A stretch of 64,000 nt of DNA from positions 42,114,701-42,178,700 of the forward strand of contig NC_068984.1 in the NCBI RefSeq assembly GCF_001194135.2, read 5' to 3'. A program made the translations under genes and the position numbers. Below are positions 1 through 11,524 of this stretch, piece by piece (positions within the stretch are counted from its first letter, which is position 1; each line of letters starts with the position of its first letter). The notes beneath the pieces were generated by a model. It worked only from the letters and a program-made list of their open reading frames with translations, had not been told where the DNA came from and ran no database searches. The stretch comes from Octopus bimaculoides (taxonomy: Eukaryota).

Positions 1-43
1 AGATAAATACTTGGCAATGTATGTTGGTGTCCCAGTGTATCTT

Positions 44-480
44 TTATCATTTACTTGTTTCACTCATTGAATTGTGACCATGCTGGGGCACCACCATTTA
101 GAGCTTTAGTCCAACAAATCAACCCCAGTCTTATTTTTTAAGTCTGGTATTCATTCTGTTGATCTCTTTTGCTGAGATGCTAAGTTACAGGAATATAAAC
201 AAGTATACACAGATTGTCAAGCAATGGTGGCAGGAACAAACACAGACCCCAAAACACACACACATGCGCATACACACAGGCACATGTACACACACACACA
301 CACACACACACACGTACATGATGTATGATGGGTTTCCACAAAGGTTTCATCTTTCAAATCCTCTCACAAAGTATAGGTCAGCCCTATGATAGAAGACACT
401 TGCCCAAAGTGCAACATAGTGGGACTGAACCTGAGACATTGTGGTTGTAAAATGAGATTCTTAACCTCTCAGCTATGCTT
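44..480 (-). mobile_element. tRNA-derived SINE, family A (octopus OR-type), with internal (CA)n
   Basis: Shares gaagacacttgcccaa...cagtgggactgaac head and tcttttacttgtttc tail with copies at 897, 42350 and 54168. Confidence 0.75.
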
Positions 481-896
481 GTGATTATAATGATGATGAC
501 AACACAGATGTTGCCTCCAATGACAGCAGCTGTAATGGTGGCCATTGATTGATTGATTGAGACTTGTTGAATGTATTTTACTCTATTGAAGAAGTGATTC
601 AAATAACTGAAGTACACTGTGGTGTGTTAGGTTCTTTGAACTGAGTCCTGAGATAGGATAGCAACTCAGTGCTTCAACGAGCCAAAGTATTCATTAATGA
701 TACCAATTTCCTTTCTTTGATAAAGTTACGAGCTGTACCTATTCAGCATATAATGACAGATGAATGCATTGGCTAGAGGCACAATGCAACACAATTCTGG
801 TGATAAGCTTTGAACCAGTTACAATTCTGTGATAATGACTCCCATGATTATGTTGAGAAAGATTTAGAGGGAGATGGTAATGAATAACAATGGTGG

Positions 897-1094
897 TCTT
901 TTATTCTTTTACTTGCTTCGGTTATTTGACTGAAATCATGCTGGAGTTTTAGTCGAAAAAATCGGCCTCAGAACCTATTCTTTGTAAGCCTGGTACATAT
1001 TCTATTGGTCTCTTTTGCAGAACTGCTAAGTTATGGGGACATAAACAAACTAGCATCAATTGTCAAGTGATGGCAGGAGGACAAACACAAACAC

Positions 1095-1159
<65 letters not shown>

Positions 1160-1315
1160 ATGGGCTTCTTTCAGTTTCCATCTACCAAATCCACTCAAAA
1201 GGCTTTGATCGGCCTGTGGCTATAGTAGAAGACACTTGCCCACGATGCCACACAGTGGGACTGAGTCTGAAACCATATGATTGGGAAGCAAACTTCTTAC
1301 TACATAGCCATGTCT
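897..1315 (-). mobile_element. SINE family A copy with internal (TA)n/(CA)n
   Basis: Same head, core and tail as the other family A copies. Confidence 0.8.
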
Positions 1316-1938
1316 GGACCTGTATATTTTTTTGGAACACCTCTACATGTAATGTTACTGTTACATTCATAAGTTACCAAAACTTTCATATTGTTCCCTT
1401 AAATTCTTCATACACACACATACATGCTTATTCATAAACAAATACTTTCTCTCCTCCCTGTATTCTGGTTTATCCATATTGAGTCATTTTGTATCATATT
1501 ATAATGTGTATTCTATCTGTTGGTATTACAGTATAGTATACTTGCCCCATTAGCTGATATGACTAAATGATACTGAGGTACCTATTTCCTCCATTGATGT
1601 GACTATATTCTATACTATGTTAGTGTGACTATATATTCTATTGATGTAACTCTTCTATCCACTCATGGGATTGTTATACTGATATAATTTTTTCCACATG
1701 TTGATTTGACTGTATACCACTAATGTGTTATATCATAGATGTGTCTCTTCCATCTTCAAATGTGACAGCATACTCATATATCATTATGTTTTTTCTGGTT
1801 ACTGGTGCAGCTGTGTATCATACTGACACACACAGTTAAACAAGTGTCTCCTTTAAGTATCTATATCATGTGAAGTCAGTGTAGGAACCTATAAAGTTTA
1901 CTCAACCTGCTACATATAGCAGCAGCCATATCTTGCTC

Positions 1939-2212
1939 TGTTATATTCTTATAGATAAACAAATACACTGCAACAGTGTAATAACAATATAATTAAAACA
2001 AATGGTAGTAACCTGATGGAACGTAACAACGATCTTTTAAGAACCAACAATCCAACAGGCTAACTCAAACTGTGAACTTTGAACTCCAGCTTTGAACTAT
2101 CAGCACTTGAACTGTGGAACTAGCATGAACTACTTCACTTACTCAGACTGCTACTATTCACATGTAGTTGTCCAGTCCATTCTCGCCAGGGACATTGTAC
2201 TCTCGCACAACA
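1939..2212 (-). repeat. 3' LTR of the Gypsy element
   Basis: TG...CA termini; roughly 85-90% identical by eye to 4076-4334 over the first ~120 nt; adjacent PPT. Confidence 0.8.
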
Positions 2213-2226
2213 TCTACCCTTTTGAG
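2213..2226 (-). promoter_or_regulatory. Polypurine tract (CTCAAAAGGGTAGA) preceding the 3' LTR
   Basis: Purine-rich run immediately before the TGT start of the 3' LTR on the minus strand. Confidence 0.6.
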
Positions 2227-2239
2227 ATTTCATGTTTCA

Positions 2240-4059
2240 CAGGAATAAAGAAATTTTTTATTTATATTCTTTCACTTGGGCATTATCCCAAGGTGTTTGG
2301 TCTGCTTTCTTTTTCTCATGCTGGTTCTACAGGACTCTATTACTTTTGATACCAGTGCATCGAATATTTCACAATAATTCCTTGAGAATTTCTTCCTGAT
2401 CTTGGATATGCCTCTTCCTTAGTTGGTTTATGTCTCTGATGTTCACTGTGTGACACTTTAATTAGCTACATCATACTTCCAATTTTTCTGGTAACAAGGC
2501 CATCTTCCCTGCCTTCTTTACCATTTTTATAGGTTTTACAGGTTTCGGAATGCACTTTATCACCTATCTTGATGTATTTCATTGGCTCTTTTGTATTTCC
2601 TTTGCATCTTTTTTTCTCTGGTAATAGCTTATCAACAATGGATTTTATCCTTCTTACGAACATCAATTCTGTGGGAGGCTTCCCTGAATTTGTACTTGGA
2701 TTAGGGGTGGGGTCACTCTGTATATTCTTAAGAAATTCATCGTTACTTCATCGTTACTTCAAGTGCTTCATCGTTACTTAATTCATTCTTCACTTTTCTT
2801 AATGCCCTCTTAAAGGTGTCTACAAATCTTTCTACGTGCCCCTTTGCCCTCAGGTGGTAGAGTGGAGTGAAAATATGCTTTATCACATGTCTTTTACAGA
2901 AGTTCTTGAATTCATACCCAAAGAACTGCGTTCCATTGTATGAAAGTAGCATGTCAGGGACACCGTATCATGCAAGCAATTCATATAAGAACTTTATAGT
3001 TTAGAAATAGTACATTTCTAAATCTCTCAGAGAGATTTATGCAGTAGTGATACAATGAAGTAGTTGTATGCTGCCAACTTAATGTGACAGTCCCCTGAAG
3101 GGAATAATACTACTGTTAGTTAGCAGTGCAGCTTCCTAGGTTTAACCAACAGTAGTATTATTCCCTTCAGGGGACTGTCACATTAAGTTGACAGCATACA
3201 ACTATTTCAACTTTATAGTTGTTTTAGTGGTTGGTCTATAGCACCTGCAAACCTCCAGCCACTTAGTACAGCTATCTACTACGATTAGGTAGTAAGTGCC
3301 ATTTACCAGTCCAGCATAGTCAGTGTGTAACTTAGACCATGGGTTCTCTGTCTCTGGCCATGATTGATATTTTACCAGCAGGGTTTTGGCCGTAAGCGTG
3401 CAACCTTGGCACGTTCTCACCGAGTTTTTGATATCTTGGTCCATAGATGGCCAATAGACGTAACTCCTTTTCAGAGCCTTCATCCTTACCAATCCTGGAT
3501 GTCTGCTGTGAAATTGTTGCAATACACCTTTTTGTTATGTAGTTGGAACCACCACTCTTTGGGCATACCTCAGAATGTTGTCGCAAATTGAAAAACTACT
3601 GGCATCTGAATTTTTACTCTGTTTATTTTTTAAATCTTCTTTTATTTTTGTAATATACTCATCACCTACAGCTTTCATTCTTATATCCTGTGCTGTCACT
3701 GGTAGTTCTTGGATAACATTCATCGTAGTGCTATTAATTTCACTTTCTGCCTGCAGTGCGGCTATAACAGTCCCTTCTAGTGGTTCCATATTTTTTGGAA
3801 TTAATCTCGGAAGGCAGTCCACATGACTGATTTTTTCAATGGAATGTATTGCATTTTGAAATTATAATTTAGTAATATTACACCCCAACTTTGCAAGCAG
3901 TTTGCAGTATGAGTTGGTAACCCTTTTTTAGACCCATAAATCGACAGCAATGGTCTATGGTCTGTCTGCAATAAAAAAAACTTTTGCCATGCAGAAACCT
4001 GTGAAATTTTTAACTGCAAAAATAATTGCTTGGGCCTCCCTTTCAATTTGACTATATCT
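2240..4059 (-). pseudogene. Decayed Gypsy pol: RNase H, connection and integrase, with stops, frameshifts and an insertion
   Basis: YSQIEREAQAIIFAVK and LLQTDHRPLLSIYG (RNase H); HSRHPG...WPSMDQDI...CQGC (HHCC); LHTDYAG, YNGTQF, HVERFV (DDE core, second Asp lost). Confidence 0.9.
3001..3210. mobile_element. About 210-bp hairpin-rich insert (foldback or MITE-like) interrupting the integrase
   Basis: Flanked by direct repeat aactttatagtt (2990-3001 and 3209-3220); 67-bp inverted arms 3056-3122 and 3143-3209; removing it restores TTKTTIK-FLYELLA..YGVPD. Confidence 0.75.
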
Positions 4060-4073
4060 CATCCTCGTCACCA
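4060..4073 (-). promoter_or_regulatory. Primer-binding site TGGTGACGAGGATG, complementary to the tRNA-Ser(GCT) 3' end
   Basis: Minus-strand sequence 2 nt after the LTR-terminal CA; one mismatch to the complement of ...CATCCTCGTCGCCA (tRNA end recalled from memory). Confidence 0.75.
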
Positions 4074-4075
4074 AA

Positions 4076-4334
4076 TGTTTTATCCTTATGGATAAATGAA
4101 TACACTGCAACAGTGTAATAACAATATAATCGAAACAAATGGCAGTAACCACACGGAACATAACTACAATCTTTTAAGAACCAACAATCCAACTTGAACC
4201 CCAACTTTGAACTATCAGCACATGAACTGTAGAACTAGCACGAAATACCTTACTTACTCAGACTGCTACTCTTTATATGTAGTGGTCCAGTCCATTCTCG
4301 CCAGGGGGTGTCGCTCTCAAATTACAAGATTACA
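4076..4334 (-). repeat. 5' LTR of the Gypsy element (outer end 4326 or 4334, uncertain)
   Basis: Direct repeat of 1939-2212; followed on the minus strand after 2 nt by the PBS. Confidence 0.78.
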
Positions 4335-4429
4335 ATCTACCATCTTGAGAAGAGAAATACATCAGGTAATGTTAGACCTTTACATGCAATGCCCAAGAGA
4401 AGGACAGGCTGTTTATGACTTTTATATTT

Positions 4430-4880
4430 TTGATTATAGTTCTGCCTGTGTTTGGGGCTGCTATACTACATGGCAGTGAAACGTGAGCTGTGACTGCAGA
4501 GGACATGCAAAGGCTTGAAAAAAATGAAGCCAACACATACTGCTGGATGTGCAATGTCAGTGTGCATGTATGACAGAGTGTAAGTGTTTTAAGGGTAAAA
4601 TTGGGTATAAGAACCATCAGATGTTGTGTGCAAGAGAAAAAACTGCACTGGTATGATCATATGATGCATATGGATGAAGACATCAGCACAAGGAAGTGCC
4701 AATCCTTAATGTGAAGGGAACCTGTGGAAGAAGTAGACTCAGAAAGATGTGGGATGTAGTGGTGAGAAATAATCTTCAGATGTTGAGCCTCATAGAATAA
4801 AAGACAAGAGACTGAGACTTCTGGTGATTTGTTGTGCTTAAGACATGTGAAGCTAAGTCAAATTGTGGCTGGCCACGATC
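4430..4880 (+). mobile_element. RTE-clade LINE, ORF2 C-terminal fragment
   Basis: Decayed LHGSET*AVTAEDMQRLE...LHWYDHMMHMDE...GTCGRSRLRKMWD, same family as 43100-43850. Confidence 0.8.
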
Positions 4881-4884
4881 ACCT

Positions 4885-4889
<5 letters not shown>

Positions 4890-4966
<77 letters not shown>

Positions 4967-5002
4967 CACACTCTCACACTCTCACACACACACACACACA
5001 CA
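4890..5002. repeat. (CA)n microsatellite
   Basis: Direct reading. Confidence 0.97.
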
Positions 5003-5554
5003 GAGTCTGTCTTCTGTCAAAATGTCCCTGCAACCCATCTCCCCAACATTAGCCCCTAACCCACCACCCATGATCACTACTCACTATAGGTCCCTCCCCT
5101 GTCTCTCATGTGCATGTGCCTATCCACACACTCTCCATACCCTCACATATCTATCTACCATACCCCCCCACCAGACACTCCAATTTTGCTCACCATTACT
5201 TGCTACAGTCACCTCTTCTCCATCTCAAAACATCTCCCTTCTCACTCCTATGGAACACTCCCCTCTGCCCTTCTGTACCACTTATCCTCACCTCCACTGT
5301 TACATGTGGGTTGGTTCCTATGTATCTCCAACACTACGTTTCTCCCTCTCACACACACTCAGACTGCCTCTCTCTATCTTTTTCTCTAACTCCAACCCTC
5401 CTTCCTCTCTTCTCTTTTCCTACTGGGGTAGCCAAATATCTTCTCTATAATAAGACACCTATCTCTGTCCTTCTATCATACTCTAACCTCTTGCCCTGCA
5501 TGATGCCACTTCCTGTGCTACCACTCCCTCTCCCAACTTAGAGGTCTTCATATC

Positions 5555-5790
5555 AGTATTGCAAGTTATTTGGCAACCCCACTGGCACCCTGTAAAAAGC
5601 ACCAGTGCTGGTGACATATTACAGTCACTCAGAGTGCTCTATAAAGTGGTTGGTGTTAGGAAGGACATCCAGCCATTGAAACCATGCCAAAGCAGACAAT
5701 GGAGCTTGGTGCAGCTCTCTGCTTGCAAATTGGCTAACCCATGCCAGCATGGAAGACTGGCATCAAATGTCAATGCTGTCTATGTATAAC
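5555..5790 (+). mobile_element. 3' tail of the RTE-associated repeat (ggttgg..ttaggaagg.catccagcc...aacccatgccagcatggaa)
   Basis: Recurs at about 23590-23910, 44090-44280 and inverted at 30655-30840 and 55850-56010. Confidence 0.65.
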
Positions 5791-6322
5791 AGTTACTGCA
5801 TGTAAAACTCAAATATAACTCACATTTATGACTTGTAGATAGCAAATGACTGCTTAGAGCTGAATAGAATCTGAAGAAGCCTAGTTATTGGAATGCCACC
5901 TTTTCAATGTAATAGATATGTGATAAGAGTTTTATTCAGTATACTGTAGGTGCATGGTTGTTGAATATTTAGTTATGAGTCCCACAACTGTGATAGAAGT
6001 TTATGATTATGTTGGTGGCAATACTGTCATTTCATGATCCAGTTTTGGTCATAGCATCTATTATTGCACTGTTGCTTAATGAGGATGTACATAACAGATT
6101 TACTTTTTATTTATATCCTTAGGATAAAGACAATAGATTTGTTATGAGGAGCTATGTAATAGATCTAAGATAATAAATTGCAAAGAAAGGAAAAGAAGAG
6201 GTGGGAAGGACCATAATCTTACCAATTTTAATTTAATTAATTTCTTTTCTTTCTGTAAGCGTTTGTAAATATGCGTAGGTGTGCATATTGACAGTAATTG
6301 CATATTTTCTGTGCACATGTGG

Positions 6323-6400
6323 TTGAGCCTGTGTGTATATATTTGTGATTGAGCCTGTGTGTATATATTTGTGATTAAGTCTGTGTGTATATATTTGTGA
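6323..6400. repeat. 26-bp minisatellite x3 (ttgagcctgtgtgtatatatttgtga)
   Basis: Direct reading. Confidence 0.9.
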
Positions 6401-6554
6401 CTGCATCTGATTATGTATGTAATTAGTAACTTTTATTGTTGTAGTCATTTGCTTGTAAAAATAACTTAAGGGTTTCCTTTTTAAAAGCTGATTCTATTTT
6501 AATGAATTCCACCATATTTAATAATGTCTCCATCTGCATATGGTTCTTCTTAAT

Positions 6555-6632
6555 GATACTGTATGCAATATAAGAAGGATACTGTATGCAATATAAGAAT
6601 GATACTGTATGCAATGTAAGAATGATACTGTA
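6555..6632. repeat. 23-bp minisatellite x3.4 (gatactgtatgcaatataagaat)
   Basis: Direct reading. Confidence 0.9.
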
Positions 6633-6899
6633 CACAAAATACTGCTTTGTGGTATTTAGTTACATCCTTTCATGTTCTAAGCTCAAGTCCTGTTAGAATT
6701 GGCTTTGTTTAGCATCTTTCCTGAATTGATTCCTGAAGTAATCAACCAAATAATGGATGTTTATTTACTTGACTGTTGTTTTCCTTCAGATTTCAACTTT
6801 ATATTGAAATTGTCATAACTGAGAAGTTATACCTTCTCATATTATACAGCCCACTCTGGGTTTGTTACTCTCTCTCCATATTTCTTTTACATGTATACT

Positions 6900-7700
6900 C
6901 TGTTCTCTGTGTATGTGCATCTGTCCTAGAAGACACTTCATTGAGAACATGGTGTAAGAGGGTATGGCTGGAGGAATAAAACTACTCTGGCATAACAGTT
7001 GGTGATGCAAAATAGCAAGGATATAGAGACATGAAAAGCTCAGGAATGTCTCTTCTAGAATTTGTTTGGTGGGGTATGTTGGGTTAATAAATTCATTATG
7101 GGAGCTGGAACAGTGTTGATTGCCTGTACAGGCCCTTTCAGTATCAGTCAGTTCAGTTAAGCACTTCCTTCCCTCAGGAACATAAACCATCAATGACCTT
7201 TCACTTCTGTTCTTGACTTTGGGCTGTCTTTCCTGTTTCTCTCCAGTTGGATCCCTGCTTTTTTGGCTCTGCCTCACTATCCTGACAAAGGTTCTCTAAA
7301 GAAAGGCTTTCTTCTCCCAGGACTTGTTGACTTTGAATTGTCATCAATACTTCTGTAACTTTGCTTTTTTCTAGGTCTAGATAGGGGTGTTGGCCCTGTC
7401 GAAACCTACTTTTACCATTGAGAAGAGGTGATTCATATTAGTCTAGCCTCTACTCATTGACCTGTCCAACATGGGAAGCCCTACTGGTAGCTGGCCCACC
7501 TCTAGCATAGCCCTCAGAGTCATTCAGGTACAGAAACTGCTACACCATAAGAATGAGGCCTTGTGACGGCCATATCAGAATGGTGAGATTGATATGGTCA
7601 ATGACCAAAACGAACATCTGATGTTAAAAATAGATACCTTGAACATTGAGGGAATCAGGTGTCTGTTCTGAATATTTGCAACAGATTGGACTCTGCTAAA
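6900..7700 (+). mobile_element. Probable decayed LINE pieces (ORF tail and UTR, followed by a 5' or endonuclease-start-like segment)
   Basis: GC-richer island; MLKIDTLNIEG resembles the APE-endonuclease N-terminal GTWNV motif; clade not assigned. Confidence 0.35.
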
Positions 7701-8713
7701 GGATCCCACTGATGAGCAGGTGCTGTTAAACCCCTCACCTACACTTCTAAATGAAATATGTTATTGATCAGTGTCTAAGATTTGATATAAATTTATTTTG
7801 CCAACTAAATTGTTGTCTAATGCTGTTGTTGTAGCAGGAGGTACATGCTCAGAATGTAACTATGTGATGGGATACAAAACCATGTTGTTGATGTTGTCAT
7901 ACATTGTTCTTATTGATGTAGTTGTTACAAGTAAATTATGAAGACAAAATAATGATTGTAATAACAAACGAATCCTGAAATAATAAATAAACATTAAGGT
8001 GATGACATAGAGAATCTTATTTAAGGATAAATATTATAATGCCAACTGCACCTCCACCTTCTTCTACATCCACTCCCACAGTTGTAAAAACAGCCATGAA
8101 CAATAACAACAAGAACAGCAACAAAAGTAAAAACATCAGTGACGATTATAAATTACAACAACAGTAACAGGATCAACAGTAAAATGAATTGGAGGAGAAT
8201 AACAGCTGGCTGGTGATTAATTTGTTTCAGGAACTAGACGAGAAACTGTTAGGCATGTTGTAAGTTTTACTTCAAGGTTTGATAAAGCTATAGATTTCTT
8301 GGTATTACCAAGCCTCAGGATATATACGTATTCACATATACACATATTTTTATATACATATAAAGAAGTTGTATATATATTTGGCTGTGTATACAATTGC
8401 ACACTTGCTTACACATGCATATTTCTCTAACCGAACCCAGATACATGCGTGCACACACACACACACATATGTGTTGATCATTTTGTCCCTTAAATTTAGG
8501 TCAAGAGAAATATGAAGGATGTGGTCTTTTGCAGTTCATCAAAATTCATTCATATCTTGGAAAAAAAAAAGCTTGTGCACACAGAAACACTCCTAGTATA
8601 CATGGATTTGTATATAAAATATATGAGTATGTCTGTATATACACACACACACACACACACACTGACATATATATGTATGTATATATGTATACTCACATAC
8701 ACATGTATATACA

Positions 8714-9545
8714 TTAGAGTGGCTCTTAGTAATAGGTAATTTCCTGAAAGTTAAAATTTTGCTGCTCCTACCCCTTAATTCTGTTCCAATAAACAGCAAA
8801 ATGGGGTGTTCAAAATCTCAGCTTAATCGGACAACTGCTAGGTGACCCTCAAACACCATGAAGTTGAAACATAGTATACGCAATAATTAATTCTGTTCAA
8901 AAGCGATATACTGTTCCCTTTCTCGACCATTTTCTTATTTCTTCTTAGAAAAATTCATGTAGGCACATCCAGGCAACCCCAACAGATGTTTAAAAACGTT
9001 CTAAATCCAATTTACCAATAGTTAATTTGAAAAATTCCTGAAAGAGGAAAAACTTAAGAAATGTTAGGTTTTCTTAATAAAGCACACAACTTCTATAAGA
9101 GAAATGCATTTTTATTTACAACAATAATTTCTATAGAATCAAAAGCATAATGTGAACACTGGACTCTGAATATTGAACATTATTTTTGCATAAGAGAAGA
9201 TTTAGTGTCGGTTGTGCATGTTTTACGGTTTTCGGTAACAATCTTTAAAACAAATTGTTTCTCAATTTCATCTTTTGTGAGAATGTTATTGTAATCCTGA
9301 ATGAATTTGACACCTCTTTCTGCAACATCATTCACAACAACTGTCTTCTCAAGTTTTTCAAGTCCACTTCTGTAACTAGGCTCATCCTTCCATGTTGAAC
9401 GGTCTTTGTCGAGGACATCGATGCTGATAGAAAATCTCATGAAGAAAGATTTTGTACCAGTCATTACAAAAGATGAAAACTCGATGTTTGTAAAGGAAGG
9501 AAAGTCATTTTGGTGCAGAATGTACCTTTCCAGTTGATTTTTTTT
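8714..9545 (-). mobile_element. hAT-superfamily (hATm-like) DNA transposon relic: transposase C-terminus plus one terminus
   Basis: ORF 9180-9464: WKDEPSY...KTVVVNDVAERGVKFIQDYNNILTKDEIEKQFVLKIV; putative terminus ttagagtg at 8714. Confidence 0.6.
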
Positions 9546-9549
9546 CTAG

Positions 9550-9715
9550 CTTCATTTTTTTCCAAGTCTACACATGTCCTCAGCATTCATGGCCCATGTT
9601 TCACTGCTGTGTAGCATGACAGTTCACACGCATGCATCATACAGTCTACATTTCATCCTGAGCAAGAGGCCCTTAGTTGCCAGCAGAGGTAGGAGCTCCC
9701 TACTTAACAAAGACT
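9550..9715 (-). mobile_element. RTE LINE fragment truncating the hAT relic
   Basis: Reverse complement encodes decayed RELLPLLATKGLLLR..RLYDACV*TVMLHSSETWAMNAED. Confidence 0.75.
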
Positions 9716-9717
9716 TT

Positions 9718-9762
<45 letters not shown>

Positions 9763-10084
9763 TTCCTACTTATTAAGACTTTGGTTTATATATATGTATG
9801 TGTGTATATTAATTCAAAGAAAGATTTTTAAAAATATTATTAACTGTTAACTTATTAAAAATTGGAATGTGACAAACTTTTAGGACAGAAGTTTTTGTAC
9901 AGTGTATATTTTGTGTGTAAGCACTTTCATAACTCAACTGTTCTGGACTAATCTGCATAGAGGATACATATACATAATGTCTCTATACTCTTTTACTGGT
10001 TCCAAACGGTTGTGTGGCCATACTGGATCACCACCTTTGATGCTGCTCCATCCTCTTTTGTTCTACAGTCAGTGAATGAGGGAA

Positions 10085-10330
10085 TTTGAATTTGCAGACA
10101 TCATCTATGTCTCTTGTTGATGATTCATCAGAATCTTATGCAGTAGAATTTCTAAGTGTTGTCTGAATTTGTTGGTATCTACTCCCTGCAGATCCTCTAT
10201 GTTTTGTGAAGTGAGAGATGGAATTGCAGAGCTGTGGTCTTTTGAAACACTATAGCTATTACAGTATCTAGTCCTAATCCAGTATGTAGTGTGAAGAACT
10301 TTTGCCACTGTTCAGTGGTACACAACCTAG
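10085..10330 (-). mobile_element. Probable CR1/L2-type LINE ORF2 tail
   Basis: YCNSYSVSKDHSSAIPSLTSQNIEDLQGVDTNKFRQHLEILLHKI resembles the post-RT tail of such elements. Confidence 0.4.
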
Positions 10331-11462
10331 CAATTTGCACAGTTGGTATTATTTCCTTCTAAGATTATTCAGATATAAATTACAGCTAATTTTCCCTTCT
10401 TTAAGGCAGGAAATAAATTCTTAATACTTTTGTAGTGCAGCTACTTTCAAATCATTTCATTATTTCTACTCCAGCAGTAAGCTTGATATTGTGAAGTGCC
10501 ATAGCTGGGAGCAATAACCCATACGACTGAGAATGATTATATTCTAGAAGACCAAATTGACTTGTTCTGTTGTTCTAAATTATCTCTGAATCTATTCTGC
10601 TAATTCTTTGAACATTGCTATCTTATTAATATATACAAAAAATGATATGTTATTACTTATAATTTGCAGATGTCACATAAATCTGAGTTTGCCATTGGAA
10701 CCTCTTTGTTTATCAAGTCTACAAAGTATTAGAGGATTGATAATGGAATATTTGTTATTTGTCTGTATTGAATTTCATGTTGTTTTCATCAGCCCACTTG
10801 TAAATGAATGCAAGGTTTTCCTGTAGGTTGTTGACATCATCAGGACATGTGATTGCCTTTGCTATTTTGGTGTTATCAAAATAGTTAAAGAGCTTTGCTG
10901 TTCTGATAATTGGGGATATATCTAAGAAAAATTTTGCAAACAGTTTTATTCTCCAAAATGTTCCCTGGGGCAGCCTATTCAGAATTTTTTTAGTGTTCTA
11001 AAAGCTTACCATTGGCTGCAACAACTTGACTTTTGATCCTTAAAATGTTAGAAAACACTACTACTAGTTTCCCAGTTATGCTGAGATCACATTGATAGTA
11101 ACATATCTGATGATCTATTTTGCATTTATGTTTGATTAGTTGAACAGCAGCTTCAGTCCTGATCTACAGAAACACCAAGAAGCAGATATTTAGCTAAATA
11201 TCATTTAGCATATCATTTTCCTTCTTAGAACATAATCATTTTCTCTCTGACAATTATTTTGTTGATAGACATGTAATGATCAGCATCTGCTATGCTTTTA
11301 TTATTATGGATTAGACATATCATGATCTCTTTTAGCTTTTTGTATCTTGAAATTTAGGTTATGGGCAAAAGAAATGTTATGGATTGCTTTGTGATGTTTC
11401 ACAAATTAGGAAAACTGAATCCCTCCCACCTTTCTCTGATGCACTCAAATACACTTCGTGTG

Positions 11463-11463
<1 letters not shown>

Positions 11464-11522
<59 letters not shown>
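11464..11522. repeat. (TG)n microsatellite
   Basis: Direct reading. Confidence 0.97.

Positions 11523-11524
<2 letters not shown>

Larger units (their letters stand above)
1939..4334 (-). mobile_element. Internally deleted Ty3/Gypsy LTR retrotransposon (LTR-PBS-RNaseH-integrase-PPT-LTR; gag, protease and RT missing)
   Basis: Two direct repeats (about 1939-2212 and 4076-4334) both starting TGTT on the + strand; PBS and PPT in the expected places; decayed RNase H then integrase on the minus strand. Confidence 0.88.

Noticed and set aside
819-876. Possible exon LQFCDNDSHDYVEKDLEGD ending g|gtaatg (phase 0 to 1)
   Set aside because: The acceptor lacks a polypyrimidine tract, the start is part of a local duplication (acaattctg.tgataa), and no homology was recognised.
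4776-5541. Long ORFs with THTHTH or CVCVCV runs
   Set aside because: They are translations of (CA)n and CT-rich low-complexity DNA with no domain or splice support.
6323-6632. Short tandem repeats considered as a CRISPR-like array
   Set aside because: The units are contiguous with no unique spacers, the context is eukaryotic, and there are no cas genes.
7700-7745. Hammerhead-like ctgatga-gcag-gtg-ctgt-taaac
   Set aside because: The GAAA core is missing (TAAA) and no stem I/III or cleavage triplet can be formed from the flanks.
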